Notes: generated by a model from the sequence alone, not told the origin. DNA of 64,000 nucleotides from Acidimicrobiales bacterium (GCA_965116535.1 OZ220703.1:1807353-1871352), one strand, 5' to 3'. Shown: positions 1 through 9,206, counted from the stretch's first letter. Numbers and translations: made by a program.

Positions 1-129
1 TCAGCCGGACAGAAAATCCCAGCGGTGTTCTAAGGCGATCCCGACCCTAACACGCAATCGCCGAAAAAGAGGAAAAACCCGGCGCTAACTCGGGAAACAG
101 CCGTTCAGCGCCTGCTACCGTCGAAGATG

Positions 130-181
130 GGACTGGCCGGGGGAACTACCCCTTGAGGGTCTACCACCCCCCGGTCAGTCC
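130..181. repeat. GC-rich inverted repeat / hairpin
   Basis: GGACTGGCCGGGGG (130-143) pairs with CCCCCGGTCAGTCC (168-181) with one G-T pair; upstream of the 249 ORF. Confidence 0.6.
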
Positions 182-248
182 TCACACCTACAACCGTTGT
201 GGTGGTGGTGCTGCCTCCACCCTAGCAAACTGTCCCTAAAGTGGACAG

Positions 249-464
249 ATGGATGTCGAAGAGATCGCCCGAGTAGGCGAAGTTGCAATCGAGCACGACG
301 ACAACTACGTCTGGTGGCGGTGCTGCCTATGCGGCAACCAAGGCAAGAAACGCCATTGGAATCCGAGGTACAAAGACCATTACCTCAAGCACTTCACCCG
401 CAGAGCCAAAGCCCACACTCCCAACTGTCGAGGGGCGCATTTCCTCAGAACCCATAGTCGATAA
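249..464 (+). CDS. small phage-like putative zinc-binding protein (71 aa)
   Basis: WRCCLCG...HTPNC (CxxC...HxxxC); TAAAGT -10 box 6 nt before the ATG (leaderless layout); GC3-biased codons. Confidence 0.55.
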   Translation: MDVEEIARVGEVAIEHDDNYVWWRCCLCGNQGKKRHWNPRYKDHYLKHFTRRAKAHTPNCRGAHFLRTHSR

Positions 465-504
465 CCCTTTGTCAACACCGCCTAGGGCGTGTTGACAAAG
501 GGTT
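463..504. repeat. perfect 16-bp inverted repeat around CTAG between convergent ORFs (bidirectional terminator or abutted IS/MITE ends)
   Basis: AACCCTTTGTCAACAC-CGCCTAGGGC-GTGTTGACAAAGGGTT; stop codons of both flanking ORFs touch the arms. Confidence 0.7.
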
Positions 505-831
505 TATGCATCGTCGGCGTCTTCGTCTGTGTTGCGGTCTTTTTCTTCGGGATAGTCGGGGATGATAGGTGGGAGGCCGAGCTTGTCGGCAAGCCAGTTG
601 GGTATGCGGCCCATGGCGTGGTCGGCGCTATGACCAGGGGCCCCGTCTTTCCTCCGGCTTCATCTTGTGCTGCGCCCATTTGGGCATGAGGGCGGCTCTG
701 GTGCGGTTGTTGAGCATGAGGACGCCGAAGGCGAGGTTTATGAGGATGCAGGCTGTGTCGATGCCGGGGTGGTCTGTTGAGAACATGACGGCCAGGTTCG
801 CTATCACGGCGGTGATGAACAGCCATTGCGC
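504..831 (-). pseudogene. fragmented small membrane-protein gene
   Basis: minus frame 831-628 reads AQWLFITAVIANLAVMFSTDHPGIDTACILINLAFGVLMLNNR...GPWS* (2 TM-like) with an upstream in-frame stop; a second frame 614-504 reads MGRIPNWLADKLGLPPIIPDYPEEKDRNTDEDADDA*. Confidence 0.4.
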
Positions 832-1112
832 TCACGGCAGCACCGCATTCTGTGGGCTGGTCGAGGCGGAGGTCACGGGAGCCGTGTCCAGCCTGAAACC
901 TGGTGGACGATGCCGAGGATCACGTTCACGACGACGGTTATCGCCCGATCGTAGGCATCGCGCCATGACACCGGCAATCTGGTCTGGCTGCGCCGCCGGT
1001 GTGGACGCTGTGGCCGAGATCGCCGGGAGAGGCGCCCCCGAACGGCAGACTAGGCTCATAATGCCTGGTCAGCGGCCTGTTTTCCTTGAACCGCGCAGAC
1101 TGTTTCATTTGT

Positions 1113-1136
1113 GATTGAGTCGTTAACGACTCAATC
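1113..1136. promoter_or_regulatory. perfect 24-bp spacerless palindrome
   Basis: GATTGAGTCGTTAACGACTCAATC is its own reverse complement; AT-rich intergenic context; function unknown. Confidence 0.55.
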
Positions 1137-1267
1137 GTTAGTTCTACCCACATGGGTGGGCCTTTCTTCTTGGTTTAGAGTCCCGGCCGGGCCTGTCTCG
1201 TTCTGCGGCTATAGCTCTGCCGGACCACACCCCTGTGATTCGCGAAAAGTGTTCTGTAGAAGCGGGG

Positions 1268-1522
1268 CTAGTAGCCGAGGGCTTCGAGGATGTCGAGGCT
1301 TGAGATGGCTATTGCTGCGGCGGCGAACCAGAGGGCGGCCCGTTTCGACGGGAGCAGGGCTGCGACTGGGATGGTGATGGCGATTAGGGTGATACCCCAC
1401 CATTTGACAGGTTCCCAGTTCTGGACTGCGCCGTAGAAGTAGAGGCCGAGCCCTGGGAGCGTTGCCAGGCATGCGACGGCCAGGCGCAACCCCCAGGGCC
1501 GGGCGATTCGGGACGACAGCAT
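1268..1522 (-). CDS. small 3-TM membrane protein (84 aa), translationally coupled to the upstream secreted protein
   Basis: MLSSRIARPWGLRLAVACLATLPGLGLYFYG...WWGITLIAITIPVAALL...ALWFAAAAIAISSL; TGATG overlap with the stop of 1522..3306. Confidence 0.65.
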   Translation of the reverse strand: MLSSRIARPWGLRLAVACLATLPGLGLYFYGAVQNWEPVKWWGITLIAITIPVAALLPSKRAALWFAAAAIAISSLDILEALGY

Positions 1523-3306
1523 CAGCATGTGATGGTAGCAGTGAGCGGCTCGGAGCCCTTGTCCGGGTTGAAGTTCGCCTCGTAGTAGGCCTCGACGGTG
1601 AAGGTGTGGGTCTGGCCGGGCCTGGAGGGGGCGGTGTGGCTTGCGCCGTTGCCCCATTTTTCCCGCTGGCCGTCGAACTGCTTGCGGTAGGACACCCATC
1701 GGCCGGCCGCCAGGGCTTCGTCGCTGTACGCGGGGTCGTTGGGGGAGTGGACGAACTCGGCCCGCACTTTCTGGAGGGTGCAGGTGAGGGTGAGCTCCTG
1801 CGGCGGGTCCGGCACGGCGTCGTCGGGCGAGGTGAGCACGTCGGGGACGACCACCACCGGTTCGACCGTGTCGATGTCGGGGAGGATGAGGGCGACTTTG
1901 TCGTACCCGTCCAGCGGGTCGTCGTCGTCGCCGGTGCTGCGGGTGAACGGCCCGGGGTGGCCGCCGGGGGGCCTGGTGGTCTGGCAGTTGTCGGTGCCGA
2001 CCTGGTACCAGGTGATCGCCGGGCTGGCGCCGACCTCGAGCGTCACGCCGACGCCCTTGGCAGCGGGGTGGGGAACGGCTCCCAGGCCGGTGCCGATCCC
2101 CGAGACGATGTCGGGGGTGTGCTCGTAGCAGAGCGCCGTGTTGACGATCTCGCGCACCTCAGGATGGGAGACGCCGGCCCACACGACGGCGCCGGGGTCG
2201 TGCTCGCTGAGCCCCCTGGTGGCCTCGTTGAGCTGGACGGCGCCGTTCTGGAAGCCGGTCACGACCGCCGAGCCGGCGTTGCCGGCCTCGATGGTGCCCC
2301 ACACGATGACCGTGCCGACCTGGATCCCCATGTCCTCGGCCAGGTCGTCGCCGTTGTCGTGCAGCCAGTTGATGGCCCTGCGGATGTCGACGGGGATGGA
2401 CGGCCTGCTGGACCGCTCCCGGCGCCACGCCTTGCGGTAGGAGTCGATCCGGTTGTTGCGGCACTTGGTGCCAGGATCGGAGGCGAAGCCGCCGATGTCG
2501 TCCCAATAGGAGACGAGACGGGCGTAGTCGTCGAAGCAGGCGGCCTTCTGCGCCCTGGTCATGCCGGCCTGCTGCTGGTTGTCGACCAGGTTCGAGCAAG
2601 TGGCGTCGCTGTTGCACGGAACCACGGGCGGAGGATCGGTGTTCTCCGGCTCCGACGTCGGACCCGCAGTCGGCGTCACCACGACAGTCGGCCGCACAGT
2701 CGGCTCCGCGGTCACCACGACAGTCGGCTCCACAGTCGGCTCCGCGGTCACCACGACAGTCGGCTCCGCGGTCACCACGACAGTCGGCCGCACAGTCGGC
2801 TCCGCGGTCACCACGACAGTCGGCTCCACAGTCGGCTCCGCGGTCACCACGACAGTCGGCTCCACAGTGGGGTTGACCGTCGGGTCCGCCGTCGGATCCG
2901 GATCCCCCTCCCCGTCGTCATCGTCGTCATCGTCGCAGAAGGATGGAGGGTCGGGGCCGCCACACAGGTTCAAGGTGGGCTGCGGCGTGGGCGTCGAAGT
3001 CTCAGTCGGGTCGGGGGTCGGGGCGGCTGTGGGCGGCGGGGGCTCCACATCGCCGGCGATGCACCACGGCGGGCCGAACGGGTTGAAGTTCAAACCCGGC
3101 CCGCAGATCCAGTCCTTGGCCCATTCCTGCCACGACCCGGTCCCGTCCCACTCAGAGCCGTCCCAGCCCCTCGTGGGCCTCTCCTCATTCCAGTTCCACC
3201 CCCCCTTGCTGCTGTCGTCGGCTGTGGCAACGGCGAAAGCCGCCACGCCCATGCAGGCGACGGCGACGACAGCGAGGGCTATGCGGGTGATCCTGGTCGA
3301 TGGCAT
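1522..3306 (-). CDS. secreted protein with Trp-rich N-terminus, Pro/Thr repeat stalk, unknown central domain and C-terminal FN3-like domain
   Basis: signal peptide MPSTRITRIALAVVAVACMGVAAFAVATA; repeats TAEPTV(E/R)PTVVV; tail PDPPQELTLTC...PGQTHTFTVEAY; TATTCT 6 nt before ATG 3306. Confidence 0.75.
   Translation of the reverse strand: MPSTRITRIALAVVAVACMGVAAFAVATADDSSKGGWNWNEERPTRGWDGSEWDGTGSWQEWAKDWICGPGLNFNPFGPPWCIAGDVEPPPPTAAPTPDPTETSTPTPQPTLNLCGGPDPPSFCDDDDDDDGEGDPDPTADPTVNPTVEPTVVVTAEPTVEPTVVVTAEPTVRPTVVVTAEPTVVVTAEPTVEPTVVVTAEPTVRPTVVVTPTAGPTSEPENTDPPPVVPCNSDATCSNLVDNQQQAGMTRAQKAACFDDYARLVSYWDDIGGFASDPGTKCRNNRIDSYRKAWRRERSSRPSIPVDIRRAINWLHDNGDDLAEDMGIQVGTVIVWGTIEAGNAGSAVVTGFQNGAVQLNEATRGLSEHDPGAVVWAGVSHPEVREIVNTALCYEHTPDIVSGIGTGLGAVPHPAAKGVGVTLEVGASPAITWYQVGTDNCQTTRPPGGHPGPFTRSTGDDDDPLDGYDKVALILPDIDTVEPVVVVPDVLTSPDDAVPDPPQELTLTCTLQKVRAEFVHSPNDPAYSDEALAAGRWVSYRKQFDGQREKWGNGASHTAPSRPGQTHTFTVEAYYEANFNPDKGSEPLTATITC
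2667..2868. repeat. intragenic tandem repeat of 12-bp modules (24/36-bp units)
   Basis: repeated CAGTCGGCTCC / GCGGTCACCACGA / CAGTCGGCCGCA modules encoding TAEPTVEPTVVV / TAEPTVRPTVVV. Confidence 0.9.
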
Positions 3307-3772
3307 CCGGGCAGAATACACACCCCACGAGTGTCAAAAAACGTACGCCCGTTATGAGCGTATGCGCACACAGCGCCCCACTGTCCATAAACTGGATACA
3401 TGCGAGCGGTTTGCAAGTTACGACTATCTGTTCAGAGTCACCCCGGACAGCGAACTGGACAAGATCAAGAACCTGACGCTGGACTTGCATAGGCACCCGC
3501 CCATGGGGTGGGCGCGGCGGCCCAAACCATTTTTGGCTCGAAGTCAGCCCGCCGTGCCCACCCCACCCTCGGGCCTCGCCTTCTGAATAGGGGTTCGTGC
3601 GGTCCCGCACACCGCGCCTGCCAACCCCGACATACCCCGGACTGTTGTGTAGATCCACTCACAACTGCGTGCCAAAAAAGGCTTGGGCCGCCGGGGCTTC
3701 TAGTTGTGCGCGGTGTCCTGGGTCAGGATTTCTTGCTCAGGTCTAGGTTGGGTGTGATGCGAGGAGGCCTTG

Positions 3773-4087
3773 ATGTCCAAGCCGGCGAAGAGGAGCCCTG
3801 AGCGCAAGCTGCAGGTGGTGTTGTCGGTGCTGCGGGGGGAGGTGGCTGCCGCTGAGGCAGCGCGTCGTGTCGGGGTGTCGGAGGCGACGGTGCACAACTG
3901 GAAGAACGCGTTTTTGGAGGCCGGACGTGAGGGTCTGGCTGGTCCGCAGCGGCGGCGGTCGTCTCGGGAGTTGGAGCTTGAGGCTGAGAACGAGGATCTC
4001 AAGGCTGCTTTGGGCGAGGCGCATGTGCAACTGCGGGTGTGGAAGAGGGGGGCGGAGTTTCTCCCTCCTTCGAGGACCTCGAGATGA
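3773..4087 (+). CDS. IS3-family transposase OrfA (HTH)
   Basis: KLQVVLSVLRGEVAAAEAARRVGVSEATVHNWK HTH followed by leucine-zipper-like ELEAENEDLKAALGE. Confidence 0.85.
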   Translation: MSKPAKRSPERKLQVVLSVLRGEVAAAEAARRVGVSEATVHNWKNAFLEAGREGLAGPQRRRSSRELELEAENEDLKAALGEAHVQLRVWKRGAEFLPPSRTSR

Positions 4088-5021
4088 TCCGCGCCGAGTC
4101 CGGGTGCAGCGTTTCGAGGTTCGCCCGGCTGATCGGGGTGCCACGGCGCACTTACTGCGACCGGCTGGCGCGGCTGCGCGCCGGGGATCCGCCGAAGGGG
4201 CCGTGGCCCGCTCCGGTGGTGGACCGCATCGAGCCTGATGCGGCCAAATACGCCGAGGAGTGGCCGGCGCAGGCTGCCGCAAGATCGCGGCGACCGCCGC
4301 CGCAGACGGGCTCGATGTGGGCTCGCCATCGAGCCCCCGGCGGGCCATGGCCCGCCGGGGGCTGCTGCAGCCGGTGCGATACCAGGCCGAGCGCCGTCAG
4401 CTCGCCCAGGCACGTCGGGAGGCCTTCGTAGAGGCGCCGGCGCGCCGAAACCGTGTCTGGCAGGCGGACTTCACCCAGTTCGAGACCGGCGCCGAGGGCA
4501 CCTGGCGGCTCTGCCCCGTCGTCGACTACGCCGCCAAGGTGGCCTCGGCGTGCCCGGTCACGCTCACCCAGGGCGCCACAGACCTCCTCGGGGCTCTCCA
4601 GGGCGCCGTCGACGCCGCCGAGGCGCTGCTGGGCCGCCCCCTCATCGAGGACTGTGCCGATCCCGACGCCGGCGAGGTCATTCCGCTTGTGGTCGTGGCC
4701 GACAACGGCCCGGCCATGAAATCAGCCGCAGTCGCCCGCTGGTTCGCCGCAAGGGCGCATTTGGCCCATGTGCGGACCCGGCACCGCTCACCGCACACCA
4801 ACGGCGTCGTAAAGCGATGGACCGAGTCGCTCAAATACGAGCGCCTCTACCGCCACGACATCGCCAGCGGCGTCGAGCTCGCCGACCGCGTGGCCGCATT
4901 CATCGACGAATACAACACCGCGCGCCCCCACCAAGCCCTCCACCAGACACCGCCTCTAACCGCCTACCCACAAGACAAAACACTAAAACCCAACCCGCCC
5001 AGAAATGAGCAGGAAACTTGA
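4084..5021 (+). pseudogene. IS3-family transposase OrfB (rve), frameshifted and with mutated catalytic Glu
   Basis: frame changes near 4270 (EEWPA / GCRKIAA); WQADFT and ADNGP present; third DDE residue reads NGVVKRW instead of ERW. Confidence 0.75.
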
Positions 5022-5030
5022 CCCAGGACA

Positions 5031-5444
5031 CAAAGACAAGAAGGCGAAACCTACAAATTCAGAATCAGAGCCCGCGCCCAAACCGGCCAGACATGGTCCG
5101 GCTGGACGCCACCCCAACAAGTCAAATGCGACCCCCTCAACCCCTCTACGCCGGATTACCCCGACTGGCAAAGCCCCAACGGCAAACGCGAATCGGGCTG
5201 CATGTTCGGCAACTGCGTCAACAGGTGGGTGAACCCGCCTCTGGCCCGGCTGGTCGCGTCGGAGGCCACCATGAACATGGGCGACCTGCCCGCCGGACGC
5301 CCGATAACCCCCAGCGGAGACCTCCTCAAAGACCAGTGCCATCCCACCTTGCCCAATTCTTGCCCCTCGCCGGCCTTGTCCAAACGCCTCCGATGGCCCA
5401 ACCTTCCGCGACACCAATGGGGGATAGAGTGGGGGAAGGAATGA
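5031..5444 (+). pseudogene. 5'-truncated gene for an FN3-like surface protein, cut by the IS
   Basis: frame open from the first base after the IS: QRQEGETYKFRIRARAQTGQTWSGWTPPQQVKC... (FN3 F/G-strand pattern), continuing into ORF 5202..5444. Confidence 0.5.
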
Positions 5445-5489
5445 ACTCTAGGACTTGAATATCGCCCCTACCTGGGAGTTTGGCAAATA

Positions 5490-5511
5490 TTCGAATCCTG
5501 ACGGGGGTGCC
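5490..5511 (+). mobile_element. attR-like duplicated tRNA 3' end (likely tRNA-Arg) closing an integrated element
   Basis: TTCGAATCCTGACGGGGGTGCC = T-loop + T-stem + acceptor 3' strand with no 5' half; lies exactly at the accessory/core boundary. Confidence 0.6.
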
Positions 5512-5573
5512 TTTTGGGACGCGGTGTTACTGCCGCTAAGGGCAGCCGCTGACGGCGGGTAGGGTCGGCGGCG

Positions 5574-7010
5574 GTGCTGTTTCCCACGTTCACGTTTGCC
5601 GTGTTCTTCGCGGTGGTGCTGCCGGTGGCGTGGGCTCTGCGGCGGTGGCCGGTGCCGTGGAAGCTGTTCTTGCTGGGGGCCTCCTACTGGTTCTACGCCG
5701 CCTGGGATGCCCGCTTTGTGCTGCTGCTGGTGGGCATGACCTTGGGAAATGCGATTGCCGCCGCCATCAACGTACGAGCCGGCCGCGAATGGGTTCGCAA
5801 GGCGGCGGTGGCTGGCGGGGTGACGCTGAGCCTCGGCGTGCTGGCCTTCTTCAAGTACTACGACTTTTTCACCGACAGCCTCGACCGCAATCTGGGGATC
5901 TCCAGCCCGGCGCTCGACATCGTGCTGCCCGTGGGGGTGTCGTTCTTCACGTTTCAGGCCATCAGCTACATCGTGGATTTGCATCGGGGTCGTACCGAGG
6001 AGGCAACGCTGCTCGACTTCGCGGTGTACCTTTCGTTCTTCCCCCAGCTGGTGGCCGGGCCCATCGTGCGGGCCACCGAGTTCTTGCCCCAGTTGCAGAC
6101 CCACACCCGCCCCGACCGAGCGGAGGTGGCCCATGCGGTCAAGCTCATCGGCCGGGGCATGTTCAAGAAGGTGGTGATTGCCGACTTTCTGGCTCGAGCG
6201 GTGGTGAACGATGCCTTCGACGCCCCCGGCGAGCACGGTGCGCTGGACATTCTCGCCGGGATCTACGGCTACGCGGTGCAGATCTACGCCGACTTCTCCG
6301 GCTATACCGACATGGCCATTGGCGTGGCCCTGCTGATGGGGTTCCGCTTCCCCCAGAACTTCAACCTGCCCTATGTGGCCGATTCCATCCAGGACTTCTG
6401 GCGGCGGTGGCACATGACGCTGTCCCGCTGGTTGAGGGACTACCTCTACATCCCCTTGGGCGGCAACCGAAAGGGACGCCTGGTCACTTACCGAAATCTG
6501 CTCATCACCATGGCCCTTGGAGGCTTGTGGCACGGGGCCGCCGGTGCGTTCATCCTCTGGGGCGTCTACCACGGCGCCGGACTGGCGGTGGAGCGCTGGC
6601 GGGCAGAAGCCAAGCAATCCCAGAATCCACGACAGCTCCCCTTCTTGGGCTGGCGCTGGATTCGCTCCGACGCCGCCCGGCTATGGATGAGGCGGCTCTG
6701 GGTCTTCCATTTCGTGTGTCTGGGCTGGGTGCTGTTCAACAGCGAGACCCTCGACCGCACCGGTGATGTGCTGGCCCGGCTGTTCACCGGCTGGAGCACC
6801 GGTCCTGAGCTATTGAATCCGCTGGTGGCCCTGGCCATCGTGGCCGCCCTTGTTGCTCAGTTCTTCCCCCGAGCCTGGGCCGAGAAGGGGTCGGAGGCAT
6901 TGGCAAAGGCTCCGATGGCTCTGATCGCGGTGGGCTTTTCGATATGGATCATGGTTGTTGTGGCTCTGGGTCCCGAAGGGGTTGCCGATTACATCTATTT
7001 CCAGTTCTGA
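5574..7010 (+). CDS. MBOAT family O-acyltransferase (AlgI/DltB-like)
   Basis: LPVGVSFFTFQAISY, FFPQLVAGPI, YADFSGYTDMA, FWRRWHMTLSRWLRDYLYIPLGG, GLWHG. Confidence 0.93.
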   Translation: MLFPTFTFAVFFAVVLPVAWALRRWPVPWKLFLLGASYWFYAAWDARFVLLLVGMTLGNAIAAAINVRAGREWVRKAAVAGGVTLSLGVLAFFKYYDFFTDSLDRNLGISSPALDIVLPVGVSFFTFQAISYIVDLHRGRTEEATLLDFAVYLSFFPQLVAGPIVRATEFLPQLQTHTRPDRAEVAHAVKLIGRGMFKKVVIADFLARAVVNDAFDAPGEHGALDILAGIYGYAVQIYADFSGYTDMAIGVALLMGFRFPQNFNLPYVADSIQDFWRRWHMTLSRWLRDYLYIPLGGNRKGRLVTYRNLLITMALGGLWHGAAGAFILWGVYHGAGLAVERWRAEAKQSQNPRQLPFLGWRWIRSDAARLWMRRLWVFHFVCLGWVLFNSETLDRTGDVLARLFTGWSTGPELLNPLVALAIVAALVAQFFPRAWAEKGSEALAKAPMALIAVGFSIWIMVVVALGPEGVADYIYFQF

Positions 7011-7038
7011 CGCCACTGAGCGGCGGGGGGCCGAAGAG

Positions 7039-7109
7039 AGCGGGTGACGAGAATCGAACTCGCGTCATCAGCTTGGAAGGCTGGGGTTCTACCACTGAAC
7101 TACACCCGC
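7039..7109 (-). tRNA. tRNA-Gly(TCC)
   Basis: GCGGGTGTAGTTCAGTGGTAGAACCCCAGCCTTCCAAGCTGATGACGCGAGTTCGATTCTCGTCACCCGCT cloverleaf; anticodon TCC; CCA not encoded; usual position divergent from tig. Confidence 0.95.
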
Positions 7110-7195
7110 GGGGCTGGCCGTCAATGATATCTACCCGTTGCCGCTACCGGCTACGACACGAGGATTTGGGAGGTCGCCGGTAGAATGCCCAACTT

Positions 7196-8563
7196 GTGAA
7201 GAGCACGGTGGAGGCCTTGGAGGGCAACCGGGTCAAGGTGTCGGTGGACATCGATCCGGAGGAATTCGAGGAGAAGCTGGACGAGGCCTTCCGCAAACTC
7301 GCCCGCCAGGTGCGCTTGCCCGGGTTCCGCCCCGGTAAGGCCCCTCGCCGGGTTCTGGAGGCCCGGTTGGGCCCACAAGCGGCCCGGGGAGAGGCCCTCA
7401 GCGACGCCGTTCCCGAGTACTACGCCCAGGCCGTGGTCGACCACGACGTCGATGTCATAGCCCCCCCGGAAATCGACATCACCAGCGGTGCGGACGAAGG
7501 AGCGGTGAGCTTTGACGCGGTGGTCGAAGTGCGGCCTGTGATCTCCATCACCGGCTACGACCAGCTCAAAGCCGAAGTGCCCAGCCCGCTGCCCACCGAC
7601 GAGGAGGTCGGCCAGCAGGTGGACCAGCTCCGCAAGCAGTTCGGCGAGCTGGCCCCGGTCATCCGGCCGGCGATCGACGGCGACAGCGTGACCATGGACA
7701 TCTACGGGACCTACAACGGCGAGGAAGTCGAGGGCCTCACGGTGGACGACTACGCCTACGAAGTGGGCCAAGGGGCCGTGGTGCCGGAGATCGACGAGCA
7801 GCTCCGCGGTTCAAAAGCCGGCGACATCTTGGAGTTCAACGCCGAACATCCCGACCCCGATGAAGAAGGGCTGTTGCGGTTCCGCATCCTGGTCAAAGAG
7901 GTGCAGGAGACGGTTCTTCCCGATTTCGACGACGAATTCGCCCAAGAGGCCTCGGAGTTCGACACCGCGGAGGAACTGAGAGCCGACGTCTCCGAGAACA
8001 TTGCCCGGGCCAAGGGGGCCAACGCCCTAGCCTCGCTGGCCAACCAGGTGGGAGAGCAGCTCGCCGAGTTGGTGACCGACGACATCCCCGAGGCACTGGT
8101 AGACGCCGAAGTTCAGCACCGCCTGCGGACCCTCCAGATGCGCCTGGGCAGCCAAGGCGTCGAGATGGGCGCCTATTTGGAGGCCATCGGCCAGACCGTC
8201 GAGGAGATGGCCGAAGCGCTTCGTGAACCCGCCCTTCAGGAGGCTAAAACCGACCTGGCTCTGCGGGCGGTGGCTGCTGCGGAGTCCATCGAAGCCGATG
8301 ATGAGGATGTGGATTTGGAGCTGGCCATGCTGGCTGCCCAGGTGGGCCAGACGGTCGACGAGCTGAAGTCATCGGTGTTCGCTGACGATGAAAGCCGCCT
8401 CAAGGGGGTACGATTGGACGCAAAGATGCGCAGGACCCGGGAATGGGTTTTGGAGCGGGTAGAGATAAAGGATCCCGACGGAAACCCCATTGAGCGGTCT
8501 AGCCTGAACCCCGACAGCGAGTCTGAACTTCCCCCTACCACCATCGAGAGCCAAACGACATGA
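7196..8563 (+). CDS. tig: trigger factor
   Basis: [10 protein letters not shown] ribosome-binding motif; FKBP-like middle domain; upstream of clpP-clpX. Confidence 0.96.
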   Translation: MKSTVEALEGNRVKVSVDIDPEEFEEKLDEAFRKLARQVRLPGFRPGKAPRRVLEARLGPQAARGEALSDAVPEYYAQAVVDHDVDVIAPPEIDITSGADEGAVSFDAVVEVRPVISITGYDQLKAEVPSPLPTDEEVGQQVDQLRKQFGELAPVIRPAIDGDSVTMDIYGTYNGEEVEGLTVDDYAYEVGQGAVVPEIDEQLRGSKAGDILEFNAEHPDPDEEGLLRFRILVKEVQETVLPDFDDEFAQEASEFDTAEELRADVSENIARAKGANALASLANQVGEQLAELVTDDIPEALVDAEVQHRLRTLQMRLGSQGVEMGAYLEAIGQTVEEMAEALREPALQEAKTDLALRAVAAAESIEADDEDVDLELAMLAAQVGQTVDELKSSVFADDESRLKGVRLDAKMRRTREWVLERVEIKDPDGNPIERSSLNPDSESELPPTTIESQTT

Positions 8564-9192
8564 GACCTCAGAACTACATGGTGCCAGTCGTGGTCGAGCA
8601 GACCAATCGAGGAGAGCGCTCGTTCGACCTCTATTCCCGCCTGCTCAAAGAGAACATCATCTTCTTGGGCACCCCCATCGACGACACCGTGGCCAACCTC
8701 ATCTGCGCACAGCTTCTGCACTTGGAGTCGGAGAACCCCGACAAAGACATCAACCTCTACATCAACAGTCCGGGCGGCGACATCAACGCCATGTTCGCCA
8801 TCTACGACACCATGCAATACCTGAAGCCCGACATCACCACCATCTGCTTCGGTCAGGCGGCCTCGGCGGCCGCCGTGCTTTTGGCCGCGGGCGCTCCCGG
8901 CAAGCGATTGGCGCTGCCCCACTCCCGAATGCTGATCCACCAGCCCTACGCCGGGGCATCCGGGCAGGTGTCTGACATCGAGATCGCCTCGCGGGAGATC
9001 CAGCGGCTCAAAGACCAGCTCGAACAACTCCTAGCCCGCCATACCGGACAAGATCTCGACAAGGTCAAGCAGGACACCGACCGCGACTATGTGATGACCG
9101 CCGAGGACGCCAAGGAATACGGGCTCATCGACGAGGTGATCTCGTCGCGTGACGCTGTCGAGACCGCCGGTCCCATTACGGCCATTCGGTAG
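8560..9192 (+). CDS. clpP: ATP-dependent Clp protease proteolytic subunit
   Basis: [29 protein letters not shown] (Ser), MLIHQP (His). Confidence 0.96.
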   Translation: MRPQNYMVPVVVEQTNRGERSFDLYSRLLKENIIFLGTPIDDTVANLICAQLLHLESENPDKDINLYINSPGGDINAMFAIYDTMQYLKPDITTICFGQAASAAAVLLAAGAPGKRLALPHSRMLIHQPYAGASGQVSDIEIASREIQRLKDQLEQLLARHTGQDLDKVKQDTDRDYVMTAEDAKEYGLIDEVISSRDAVETAGPITAIR

Positions 9193-9206
9193 GGGGGACA
9201 AGAATC

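Larger units (their letters stand above)
3714..5030 (+). mobile_element. IS3-family insertion sequence, degenerate
   Basis: TIRs TGTCCTGGGTCAGGATTTCTTGCTCA (from 3714) and TGAGCAGGAAACTTGACCCAGGACA (to 5030); orfA plus rve-type orfB; no target duplication visible. Confidence 0.85.

Noticed and set aside
458-509. Integron attC site
   Set aside because: The ends (CGATAAC / GTTTATG) fit RYYYAAC/GTTRRRY poorly, there are no extrahelical bases, and there is no second copy or integrase in the window.
2667-2868. Possible CRISPR array
   Set aside because: Units are contiguous with no unique spacers, lie in frame inside a CDS, and no cas genes are present.
1462-3586. Long plus-strand ORFs (631 aa, 341 aa) with HHDSR or GSAVTTT repeats
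   Set aside because: Antisense shadows of the minus-strand secreted protein, which has the signal peptide, promoter and codon bias.
3322-3713. ORFs or a riboswitch upstream of the secreted-protein gene
   Set aside because: No recognisable riboswitch core and no convincing protein; the gene appears leaderless.
5130-5260. C5 DNA methyltransferase C-terminal remnant (MFGNCVN..PPLARLVA)
   Set aside because: The same frame upstream reads as an FN3-like strand pattern; the resemblance to motif X is too weak.
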